A stretch of 35,545 nucleotides of DNA from an uncultured Gammaproteobacteria bacterium. GTDB lineage: Bacteria; Patescibacteriota; Patescibacteriia; JACRDY01. Position numbers and translations under genes: made by a program. Where the stretch lies: assembly GCA_964523165.1 (NCBI GenBank), contig CAZFXZ010000002.1:1-35545 (forward strand), written 5' to 3'. Shown piece after piece: positions 20,366-27,773 of this stretch. The notes beneath the pieces are model-generated. The model had not been told where the DNA came from, did not search any database, and saw nothing but the letters and a program-made list of their open reading frames with translations. The stretch's first letter is position 1. Every line of letters begins with the position of its first letter.

Positions 20366-21544
20366 TTAACTGCGAGCTTTAGTCACAATTTTTTCAAAAA
20401 TCTTTATTGTCTGATCAATCTCTTGATTGGTGGTTGGTCGACCCAAAGTCAAACGCAAACTGCCCCTGATCCGATCTTGGTCATAACCGAGGGCCGTCAA
20501 AACGTGTGAAGGCTCGACGCTACCCGTGGCACAAGCTGAACCAACCGAGACGGCTAGACCAGCCAAATCAAGCATGACGGCCAAACTTTCCCCCGACAAA
20601 CCAGCCAGAGAAATATTTAAATTATTAGGTAAACGTTGCTCGGCTGAACCGTTTAAAACCAAGCCACTAATATTTTTTTGCAATCCTTGCCAGAGAGTCT
20701 GACGTTGAGCCAAAACTTTTTTTGTCCAATCATCTTTTTCAGTCAAAAGTATTTCGACCGCCCGACCCAAACCGACAATACCGGCGACATTTAAACTGCC
20801 CGATCGTAAACCATATTCTTGACCCCCGCCGGTCTGTGCTGGCAGCAAAGATAGCTGCCGATTGACATACAGCACGCCCACACCTTTTGGGCCATAAATT
20901 TTATGAGCGCTAAACGACAAAGCCTGAACATGCAAATGTTTGACGTCAACATTAAGATAATTAAAACCCTGCACGGCGTCAGTATGAAAAATAATGGCTG
21001 GTAATTTTTGGATTAAACGCTGTTGATTGATTTTTTCCAAAGCCTTGCCGATTTCTCTAATAGGTTGGATGGCTCCGATTTCATTATTAGCCAACATTAT
21101 ACTAATCACCACGGTTTGCGGTTTAATAGCCGCGATAACCTCTTCAACATTGATTAAGCCTTGGTCATTGACCGGCACATAAGTCACACTAGCTCGACCA
21201 AACTTTTCCAACTCGGCACAAGTGGCCAAAATCGATGGGTGCTCAATAGTCGAAGTAATAATATGAGCTTGATCATGTTTAGCGACTAGACCACGGAGTA
21301 ATAGATTATTACTCTCGGTTGCTCCTGAAGTGAAAATAACTTCTTGCGCTCGGCAATTTAAAATTTTAGCCACGGCGTCTCGGGCGCCATCAACGGCTTG
21401 AGCCGCTGCTTGACCAAAACCATGAAAAGATGAGGCATTGCCAAAAGCATTGGACCAATACGGTTGCATAGCCAAAACCACTCGCTCATCAACCGGCGTG
21501 GTAGCGGCATAATCAAGATAAATTTTTTGTTGTTTATCAGTCAT
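20366..21544 (-). CDS. Cysteine desulfurase (NifS/IscS-type class V aminotransferase)
   Basis: YLDYAATTP is at the N-terminus, SFSAHKIYGPKGVG carries the PLP lysine, and SVGSACATGSVEPSHVL is the active-site Cys loop. Confidence 0.88.
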   Translation of the reverse strand: MTDKQQKIYLDYAATTPVDERVVLAMQPYWSNAFGNASSFHGFGQAAAQAVDGARDAVAKILNCRAQEVIFTSGATESNNLLLRGLVAKHDQAHIITSTIEHPSILATCAELEKFGRASVTYVPVNDQGLINVEEVIAAIKPQTVVISIMLANNEIGAIQPIREIGKALEKINQQRLIQKLPAIIFHTDAVQGFNYLNVDVKHLHVQALSFSAHKIYGPKGVGVLYVNRQLSLLPAQTGGGQEYGLRSGSLNVAGIVGLGRAVEILLTEKDDWTKKVLAQRQTLWQGLQKNISGLVLNGSAEQRLPNNLNISLAGLSGESLAVMLDLAGLAVSVGSACATGSVEPSHVLTALGYDQDRIRGSLRLTLGRPTTNQEIDQTIKIFEKIVTKARS

Positions 21545-21614
21545 AATAATTAAAGCCCACCATAATTGGCAGGCTTAAACAATACGACTATAATAGGCTT
21601 TTTAAGAGGCCGAG

Positions 21615-21872
21615 TCAAGATTTACGACCTTTGACCACGCCGATGATTTTATTTTTCACTTCGGCCATAAAACGCTGGATGACGATCGTCCGATAAGCAA
21701 AGTAAAAACTTACTAGTGACAAAACCATAAGCAAGAAGGCGAGCAAGATGACCGCGGCAAAAGGATAAAAAATTATCAAAACGGCAAAGACAAAAAGTAT
21801 CAACCCCTGCAGGATAAAAAAGCCGGTCAGGTGCGCCAACGAAGCGTGAAGATGACGATAAAGTTCTTGCAT
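21615..21872 (-). CDS. Small 2-TM membrane protein, unknown function
   Basis: 85-aa hydrophobic ORF. A TGTTACAAT motif lies at 21905..21913 upstream. Confidence 0.5.
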   Translation of the reverse strand: MQELYRHLHASLAHLTGFFILQGLILFVFAVLIIFYPFAAVILLAFLLMVLSLVSFYFAYRTIVIQRFMAEVKNKIIGVVKGRKS

Positions 21873-21904
21873 AAAAATATTTTTATTTTTTATTTAACGT
21901 TAAT

Positions 21905-21913
21905 ATTGTAACA
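21905..21913 (-). promoter_or_regulatory. Extended -10 promoter element TGTTACAAT
   Basis: The reverse complement of 21905..21913 is TGTTACAAT. This is the third exact copy of the 9-mer in the window, and all three lie upstream of minus-strand starts. Confidence 0.4.
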
Positions 21914-21916
21914 TTA

Positions 21917-22690
21917 TTATTGCCGACCGACAATTAGCATCAAGCGCTGGCCATTGTAAATATCACCACCGTTCCAATCTCTGGTCGCATTAATCAATAC
22001 ATCATAGGGATATTTATAATTTTTACCCAAACGCGTACCCGGATCGTTGGTGATAAATTCGTTGCGATCATAGCCCTTAACAACCAGCATGTGATAAAGC
22101 GGCCCGGGGGCCGTAAAATTGGGATTGTTAATTTCTCGACCCAGTAACGGTAAAATTATCAAATTGCCTTTTAACAACTCGGCTTTTATTTTTTCAATCG
22201 TCACCTCGGCGCTAACTTGCGCTGACAGGCCATAATATTCCCGAGCCATGATAGCTACCGACTCTGTATCGACAGATAAATTTTGACCAAATCTGTCGAG
22301 CTCCCAAGGCTCAACTTTATCTAATTCTTCTTTCATAATTGTTTCATCGAGTGGTTGTCCGGCAAAAAATTTACTGGCCATAATCAATGAAGCTTCTTCA
22401 CAACCATCTTGGTAAAAATCATTTTCCCATTGACCAAACGGCGCCTGCCGGCCAAAATCCATATTTTGATCAAAAGTCTTGGGCTGCTCTTGAACGACGG
22501 CCGGGGGCGTAGCTACTGGTTGATCAACGACCGGCTGATCAACGACTGGCGTTTGGGCTTCTAATGGCTCAACAGCCGTGGGATTTTGCTGATCGGTCAA
22601 TAAAATAGGACTAACATCTTCTGGTAGTTGCACAGTGCAACCACTTAAGATCAATAAGCTAAAAAATAAGCCCAAAAATTGTTTTTTCAT
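21917..22690 (-). CDS. Lipoprotein with a C39-like (papain-fold, YvpB/BtrH-like) peptidase domain
   Basis: It has a lipobox LLILSGC, a Pro/Val/Gln-rich linker with a PVVDQPVVDQ repeat, a candidate catalytic Cys in QDGCEEASLIMA, and YHMLVVKGYD...ITNDPG. Confidence 0.65.
   Translation of the reverse strand: MKKQFLGLFFSLLILSGCTVQLPEDVSPILLTDQQNPTAVEPLEAQTPVVDQPVVDQPVATPPAVVQEQPKTFDQNMDFGRQAPFGQWENDFYQDGCEEASLIMASKFFAGQPLDETIMKEELDKVEPWELDRFGQNLSVDTESVAIMAREYYGLSAQVSAEVTIEKIKAELLKGNLIILPLLGREINNPNFTAPGPLYHMLVVKGYDRNEFITNDPGTRLGKNYKYPYDVLINATRDWNGGDIYNGQRLMLIVGRQ
22521..22550. repeat. Two tandem copies of a 15-nt unit (tgatcaacgacYggc) inside the lipoprotein linker
   Basis: Read directly at 22521..22535 and 22536..22550 with one mismatch. 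The repeat encodes the PVVDQ duplication. Confidence 0.7.
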
Positions 22691-22719
22691 ACCTCTAGTA
22701 TAGGCTAAAAGGCCTCATC

Positions 22720-22748
22720 TTGACAATCGTCAAAACATTAGTTAAAAT
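22720..22748 (+). promoter_or_regulatory. Sigma70-type promoter TTGACA-N17-TAAAAT for rpmA
   Basis: Consensus -35 at 22720..22725, an exact 17-nt spacer and the -10 at 22743..22748. It lies 34 nt before the ATG. Confidence 0.65.
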
Positions 22749-22782
22749 CAAGCCACTGTTTTGTAATTAGCTTAATAAACCT

Positions 22783-23064
22783 ATGTCACATAAGAAAGCC
22801 GGCGGATCTACCTCGCTGGGGCGAGATTCCGTCGCCAAACGTCTAGGTGTCAAACTCTTTTCCGGGCAAGTCGCCAAAACCGGCTCAATTTTGGTGCGTC
22901 AACGCGGTAGCGCCGTACGCCCCGGACAAAACGTCTTAAAAGGTGGCGACGACACTTTATTTGCCAGCACGGCCGGTATTGTTTCTTACGCCAAAAAGAA
23001 AGTCCGACTCTTCAATGGCAAACTGGCCGAAAGAAAATTTGTCTCCGTCAGTCCCAAAAAGTAA
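22783..23064 (+). CDS. rpmA: 50S ribosomal protein L27
   Basis: [29 protein letters not shown]...[14 protein letters not shown] is canonical L27. Confidence 0.95.
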   Translation: MSHKKAGGSTSLGRDSVAKRLGVKLFSGQVAKTGSILVRQRGSAVRPGQNVLKGGDDTLFASTAGIVSYAKKKVRLFNGKLAERKFVSVSPKK

Positions 23065-23076
23065 ATTATCAAAAAA

Positions 23077-23106
23077 ATAACCGGTCACTAGACTGGTTAT
23101 TTTTTT
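23077..23106. terminator. Bidirectional Rho-independent terminator between the convergent rpmA gene and the pyrG-methyltransferase unit
   Basis: The 10-bp stem ATAACCGGTC / GACTGGTTAT has one G-U pair and a 4-nt loop. It is flanked by an A-run (23071..23076) and a T-run (23101..23106). Confidence 0.6.
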
Positions 23107-23768
23107 GTGGCCAACAGCAGACCCATGGTTTTATCAAATTGACTGGGGAAATTTTGTAAACCGTAGCCGTGCAGGGCAATAGCCTTGGCCAGCCGTTGAT
23201 ATGACACGCCGGCTGATTCATGATACTCGATAATCAGATTTTTTATTTTGGGCCAATCGTCATCAGTCAGACTGGCGATGATTTCACCTTCGGCGCCTTC
23301 AACATCTAGCTTCAACAAATCGACGGCGGTTAATTTGGTTTTGGCATACAAATCACTAAAAGAATACGTCTTGACGGTTATTCCCCTTTCATCTTCATTA
23401 ATCGCCAAACGATGATTGTGACTATCGGCGGAAATAATAAGTTGGCGTTGGCCGCTAACCGCCGCTAGGGCCCCAGCAATCACTTTAACCCCCACGACAC
23501 TATTTTGTTTAAGCTGTTGATGTAGCAATTCTAAATTGTCAGTCTGTGGTTCAACGGCGACAATCGGCACAATCGGATTTAAACAGCGAGCGTAAAGCGT
23601 AAAAAAACCGGCATGAGCGCCAATGTCCAAAATCGCTTGACGACTAGCTCTGATAATCGGCTCGACACAACGATATTCGCGGTAACGAAAAATTTCGCCG
23701 ACCACGCTGCGATCAGCCTCATCGCGACAAGTAACGTCCAAAGACAGACCGTTACAAATCACCCTCAC
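23097..23768 (-). CDS. FkbM-family SAM-dependent methyltransferase
   Basis: ILDIGAHAGFFTLYA is the SAM-binding motif, and the FkbM-like core includes LLKLDVEGAEGEI. The start lies 2 nt after the pyrG stop. Confidence 0.8.
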   Translation of the reverse strand: MRVICNGLSLDVTCRDEADRSVVGEIFRYREYRCVEPIIRASRQAILDIGAHAGFFTLYARCLNPIVPIVAVEPQTDNLELLHQQLKQNSVVGVKVIAGALAAVSGQRQLIISADSHNHRLAINEDERGITVKTYSFSDLYAKTKLTAVDLLKLDVEGAEGEIIASLTDDDWPKIKNLIIEYHESAGVSYQRLAKAIALHGYGLQNFPSQFDKTMGLLLATKK

Positions 23769-23769
23769 A

Positions 23770-25398
23770 CTACTTGCCTCCTTTTTTCAGACAAGCTTTG
23801 ACAAAAGCCACAAACAGCGGATGTGGGGCTAATGGTCGAGAAATATATTCGGGATGAAATTGCGTGCCGACAAAAAACGGGTGATCAGCGATTTCGACTG
23901 CTTCGACCAATTTACCATCCGGTGATGTACCACAAACTTTCAAGCCCTTGCTTTCTAGCAACTCTCTAAATTCATTGTTGTATTCATAACGATGGCGATG
24001 ACGTTCAGAAATATTTTTTGGTCCGCCATAAGCTTGGGCGATTTTGGTATTGGGTTTTAATTTACACGGCCAAGCCCCCAAACGAATCGTGCCACCATAT
24101 TGATTCTTTTTTAAATATTCTTCTTGCTCCGGCATAATGTGAATGACCGGATAAGGCGTTTTGGGATCAACCTCAGCTGAATTGGCGCCCTTTAGACCAG
24201 CGACATTGCGAGCAAATTCGATAACCGCCATTTGCATGCCATAACACAAACCAAAATATGGTAATTTCTTTTCTCGGCAATATTTTATAGCTTCGATCTT
24301 ACCTTCGGCGCCGCGCTTACCCCAACCTTGCGGGACAATCACGCCATCCAGTTTTTTGAAAGATTTGGCCGGACCTTCTTCTTCAATTTCCTTGGTCCCC
24401 AACCAAACCAAAACCGGCTTGCACTTATTGGCTACGCAAGCATGCTTGATCGCCTCGATGACGGAAATATAAGAATCAGTTAAAACAAAATCCCCGGTCG
24501 AAAAATATTTACCGACGATACCGATCCGCACTTCTTTAGTTGAAGTTTGCACGGTTTTTAACATTTTGCGCCATTCAACTAGATCTTTTTGTTTGGGCTT
24601 CAAACCAAAATAGCCCAACATCTGCTGACTAAAACCTTCTTTCTCAAAATTTATCGGCACCTCATAAATCGACTCAACGTCAGGAGCGGAAATCACATGA
24701 CTGGGCTTGACGCCGCAAAAAATTGATAACTTTTCCCGACGTGGGGCGTCAATATGGACAGGGGCACGGCAGAGCAAAAAATCGGCCTGCAAACCAACGG
24801 AGTTTAAAGCCCGCGAAGCGTGTTGCGTCGGCTTGGTTTTCATCTCGCCGATTTTGCCGGGGACGGGCAAATAACTGACCAAGACAATGGCGACTTTTTG
24901 CGGTTGAGATAATTTCAACATCCGGACGGCTTCCAAAAACAAAATGTTTTCATATTCGCCGACCGTGCCGCCAATTTCGATAACCGTAAAATCGGCTTTG
25001 GCTTTTTTGCTGGCTTCTTCGATACGCCGAATAATTTCTTGAGGAATGTGTGGTACGACTTGGACACACTTACCGCCGTATTCCAAATTTCTTTCTTTGG
25101 CAATGACCGTCTGATAAACACGACCGGTGGTCATGTAGTTTATTTTGGGGATATCAATATTTAAAAATCTTTCGTAGTTGCCAACATCTTGGTCCGTCTC
25201 ATCACCATCGTGGGTGACAAAAACTTCGCCGTGCTCAGTCGGATTCATCGTCCCGGCATCGACGTTGATATACGGATCGATTTTCATGGCCGTGACGCGA
25301 TAACCCTTGCTTTTTAAAATCAAACCGATAGAAGCCGAGGAAATGCCTTTGCCGACGCCCGACATTACCCCACCGACCACGAAGATATAACGGGACAT
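23770..25398 (-). CDS. pyrG: CTP synthase
   Basis: 542 aa. The N-terminus reads YIFVVGGVMSGVGKGISSASIG, followed by DPYINVDAGTMNP. The glutaminase domain carries GLCYGMQ and HRHRYE. Confidence 0.97.
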   Translation of the reverse strand: MSRYIFVVGGVMSGVGKGISSASIGLILKSKGYRVTAMKIDPYINVDAGTMNPTEHGEVFVTHDGDETDQDVGNYERFLNIDIPKINYMTTGRVYQTVIAKERNLEYGGKCVQVVPHIPQEIIRRIEEASKKAKADFTVIEIGGTVGEYENILFLEAVRMLKLSQPQKVAIVLVSYLPVPGKIGEMKTKPTQHASRALNSVGLQADFLLCRAPVHIDAPRREKLSIFCGVKPSHVISAPDVESIYEVPINFEKEGFSQQMLGYFGLKPKQKDLVEWRKMLKTVQTSTKEVRIGIVGKYFSTGDFVLTDSYISVIEAIKHACVANKCKPVLVWLGTKEIEEEGPAKSFKKLDGVIVPQGWGKRGAEGKIEAIKYCREKKLPYFGLCYGMQMAVIEFARNVAGLKGANSAEVDPKTPYPVIHIMPEQEEYLKKNQYGGTIRLGAWPCKLKPNTKIAQAYGGPKNISERHRHRYEYNNEFRELLESKGLKVCGTSPDGKLVEAVEIADHPFFVGTQFHPEYISRPLAPHPLFVAFVKACLKKGGK

Positions 25399-25412
25399 AT
25401 TTTATTTTTTAA

Positions 25413-25856
25413 TTATTTTTTGTTAATTATGACAGTAAAAAATCCTTGATGATCACCGACCAATTTATAGCCGACGCGATGGGAGCCAATTTCTTTTAAG
25501 GGCTGACTATATAATAAATCATCGGCCGACATTCTGATTTTTGATTTGGCTAAGGCGTTGATAATTTCCGTGATCGGCAAACCACCAAAAAGCTTACCGG
25601 TTTCACTAGCCGGTGCTTCAACTGTGATTGTTACCTTAGCCAAACGACTGGCGATTTTTTTGGCTTCCTTGATTTTGCGCTCGGTCAATTTTTGCTTGGC
25701 CGTGGCTTGAGAGCGCCATTCATCAATCACTCGCTGCGTGGCAGCAACCGCTAAGCCGTTGGGCAATAAAAAATTACGGGCGTAACCGTCCGCAACTTCT
25801 TTAATCTCCCCCGGTCTGGCTACTTTTTGAACGCCTTTTAAGAAGAGAACTTTCAT
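25413..25856 (-). CDS. rplI: 50S ribosomal protein L9
   Basis: [36 protein letters not shown] is canonical L9. Confidence 0.92.
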   Translation of the reverse strand: MKVLFLKGVQKVARPGEIKEVADGYARNFLLPNGLAVAATQRVIDEWRSQATAKQKLTERKIKEAKKIASRLAKVTITVEAPASETGKLFGGLPITEIINALAKSKIRMSADDLLYSQPLKEIGSHRVGYKLVGDHQGFFTVIINKK

Positions 25857-25867
25857 AATCCGTAGCT

Positions 25868-25876
25868 AGTATATCA
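25868..25876 (-). promoter_or_regulatory. Extended -10 promoter element TGATATACT for rplI
   Basis: The reverse complement of 25868..25876 is TGATATACT. It ends 11 nt before the rplI ATG, implying a very short leader. Confidence 0.4.
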
Positions 25877-25884
25877 TACTGTAT

Positions 25885-25920
25885 AAAAAAAGTCCCATTC
25901 CGGCAAAACCAGAGTGGGAC
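25885..25920 (-). terminator. Rho-independent terminator downstream of the high-GC gene
   Basis: On the minus strand the sequence reads GTCCCA-CT-CTGG-TTTTG-CCGG-AA-TGGGAC, followed by TTTTTTT (the plus-strand A-run at 25885..25891). Confidence 0.6.
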
Positions 25921-25977
25921 AAAGGGGCAAGGACCAAAGGGTAAAACCCTAAGACCCTAAGTTTCAAGCACTCACTT

Positions 25978-26017
25978 GCCTGCCCGCAACCGCTACGCGG
26001 TAGCGTTGCAGGCGGGC
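25978..26017. other. Long GC-rich imperfect hairpin of about 18 bp overlapping the last 8 codons and stop of the high-GC gene
   Basis: The arm GCCTGCCCGCAACCGCTAC pairs with GTAGCGTTGCAGGCGGGC around a 3-nt loop, with one bulge, one mismatch and one G-U pair. No U-run follows on either strand. Confidence 0.5.
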
Positions 26018-26619
26018 GCGACGACGAACGCGAAACCGTTCCCGCGACGCCACCGAAGGCCGGGCCTGACATAGCACGCGTCGAGCCACGGGCCGTCGCC
26101 GTCACGACTCGCGTCCAGCAAGCGCGGACCGCCGACGGAATCGTTGATCGGCTGGTGCATAGTGACCAGCCAGATCAGGCCCATGGCCGCGATGTCGCCG
26201 TCCGAGCAGTACTCGCGGATCAGGCAGGCGATCTCGGCCTGCGGGGTGGCAAAGCGACGGGAAGCGGCTTCGGCGCGGATCTTTGACGTGATCCGGTCAG
26301 CGTCTTCGAAGAGCGGGCCCTTCAGGACGGCGACTTCGACCGTCACGTCATTCGTCGGGCGAAAGTCGGGTGAGAGTAGGACGCTTTTGGCGTAGTCGCT
26401 GACTTTTATCCCTTTGTCTTCCAGTCGAGGAACCCACTGCTCGCCGGTCGTGCCGTCGGAGGTGACCGAGAAATAGATGATCCCGCCGTGCTCACACCAG
26501 CGGCGGTCCGGCCGACAAACGGTCGTCTCGCCGCTCAGGAACGCGTCGACCCCCGGGTCGCCACCGAGTTTGTTGAATACCGCCTCGGCGCGACCAAACG
26601 TTGCCTGTGAATACTTCAT
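25993..26619 (-). CDS. Hypothetical 208-aa protein encoded by a high-GC gene, apparently of foreign origin
   Basis: I chose the ATG at 26619 because AAAGGAG lies upstream, with GGAG 8 nt from the ATG. GC3 is very high, with codons such as GGC GAC CCG GGG GTC GAC GCG TTC CTG. It has no TM helix or signal peptide, and I can assign no catalytic motif. Confidence 0.8.
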   Translation of the reverse strand: MKYSQATFGRAEAVFNKLGGDPGVDAFLSGETTVCRPDRRWCEHGGIIYFSVTSDGTTGEQWVPRLEDKGIKVSDYAKSVLLSPDFRPTNDVTVEVAVLKGPLFEDADRITSKIRAEAASRRFATPQAEIACLIREYCSDGDIAAMGLIWLVTMHQPINDSVGGPRLLDASRDGDGPWLDACYVRPGLRWRRGNGFAFVVAPACNATA

Positions 26620-26771
26620 GACACTAACTCCTTTCAGCTGATAGCTGAAGTTCATCCACACCTGATAGGAGTGGACGCTTGACCACCATGGTCACAGCCA
26701 AGAATTACCTAGAAAATAAGTAGCTTTTGGCTATGGCCAATAGTGTTAAAATCAAAGAACTACAGTTTTTC

Positions 26772-26800
26772 ACTGTAGCACATACGCCTGATTTCGTCAA
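26772..26800 (-). promoter_or_regulatory. Sigma70-type promoter TTGACG-N17-(TGC)TACAGT upstream of the high-GC gene
   Basis: The reverse complement gives TTGACG (26800..26795), a 17-nt spacer and TACAGT (26777..26772) preceded by TGC. It starts 5 nt after the stop of the upstream gene and predicts a 5' UTR of about 145 nt. Confidence 0.5.
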
Positions 26801-26805
26801 GTTAT

Positions 26806-27750
26806 TTACAACGTGGTAATGGGCCGACTTTGAGTGATATAAAACTTACTTTTTTCAAAGGCCCATTCGATATCGCAAGGAAATTTGTAGTGTTTTTCGA
26901 TGCCTAGACAGATACTAGCTAGCTCTAATATCTGTTTTCCGCTCAATTTTTGGGCGTTAGCAGCCTTTTTGGGGACGGGTTGCCATTTTATACCGCTACC
27001 CGGTTTTTTGACCAATTGGCGGGCTTGTGGAGCGACGTTTATATCCAACAAAAATTTGCCCTTTTTGTCGATCACATAACTATCGGGTGTAATTTGACCG
27101 GAAACAATGGCTTCACCCAAACCCCAACCGGCTTCGATGATCATTTGATTTTTATCTTGAGTCACGGGGTGGACGGTAAAGGCGATACCAGAGATTTGCG
27201 ACTGGACCATTTTCTGCACGACCACGGCTACTGAAACATGGCTTTTGGTGAGTTTCTTTTCGTGACGGTAAAAAATTGCCCGCGGCGTAAACAGAGATGA
27301 CCAGCATTGCTGGACATTTTTTAGCAAAGTTTTACTATCGGTATTTAAATAGGTTTCTAGTTCGCCGGCCCAACTGGCGTCCGCCGAATCTTCAGCCGTG
27401 GCTGAACTTCGCACAGCGACTAACGGACTTTTTAACTTTTTAAATTCGGCTAAAATCATGGTCGCCAAATCTTTAGGAAATTTGGCCGTGCTAATTAAAG
27501 AACGGATCTCTTGTGAAGCTCGTTCGACTGAAGCAATGTCTTTATAGTTTACTTTTTTTAATATGGCTTGAACTTCCACTAGTAAATCCGTTTCAGCTAA
27601 AAATCGATCAAAGGCCGGAGCCAAAACAACAAAACCCGGCGGCACGGGAATACCGGCCTGAGTCATCTCCCCCAAACTGGCGCCCTTACCACCGGCTTGG
27701 GCGACGCTTTTTTTGGACAACTTTGCGAAAGGTAAAAGAAATGTGGTCAT
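26806..27750 (-). CDS. Stand-alone PEP/pyruvate-binding (PPDK_N) ATP-grasp domain protein
   Basis: 314 aa. The N-terminus has VAQAGGKGASLGEM, followed by VAVRSSATAEDS. The C-terminus CDIEWAFEKSKFYITQSRPITTL marks the end of the PPDK_N domain. Confidence 0.85.
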   Translation of the reverse strand: MTTFLLPFAKLSKKSVAQAGGKGASLGEMTQAGIPVPPGFVVLAPAFDRFLAETDLLVEVQAILKKVNYKDIASVERASQEIRSLISTAKFPKDLATMILAEFKKLKSPLVAVRSSATAEDSADASWAGELETYLNTDSKTLLKNVQQCWSSLFTPRAIFYRHEKKLTKSHVSVAVVVQKMVQSQISGIAFTVHPVTQDKNQMIIEAGWGLGEAIVSGQITPDSYVIDKKGKFLLDINVAPQARQLVKKPGSGIKWQPVPKKAANAQKLSGKQILELASICLGIEKHYKFPCDIEWAFEKSKFYITQSRPITTL

Positions 27751-27773
27751 ATAATGTCATTATACTCTTTTTA

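Noticed and set aside
25866-26105. 79-aa minus-strand ORF in the high-GC block
   Set aside because: It overlaps the 3' end of the much longer, SD-preceded 25993..26619 CDS in another frame and runs across two terminator hairpins. Long spurious ORFs are expected in high-GC DNA.
26620-26661. Upstream start (MWMNFSYQLKGVSV...) for the high-GC gene
   Set aside because: The AAAGGAG ribosome-binding site lies inside this extension, correctly spaced for the ATG at 26619.
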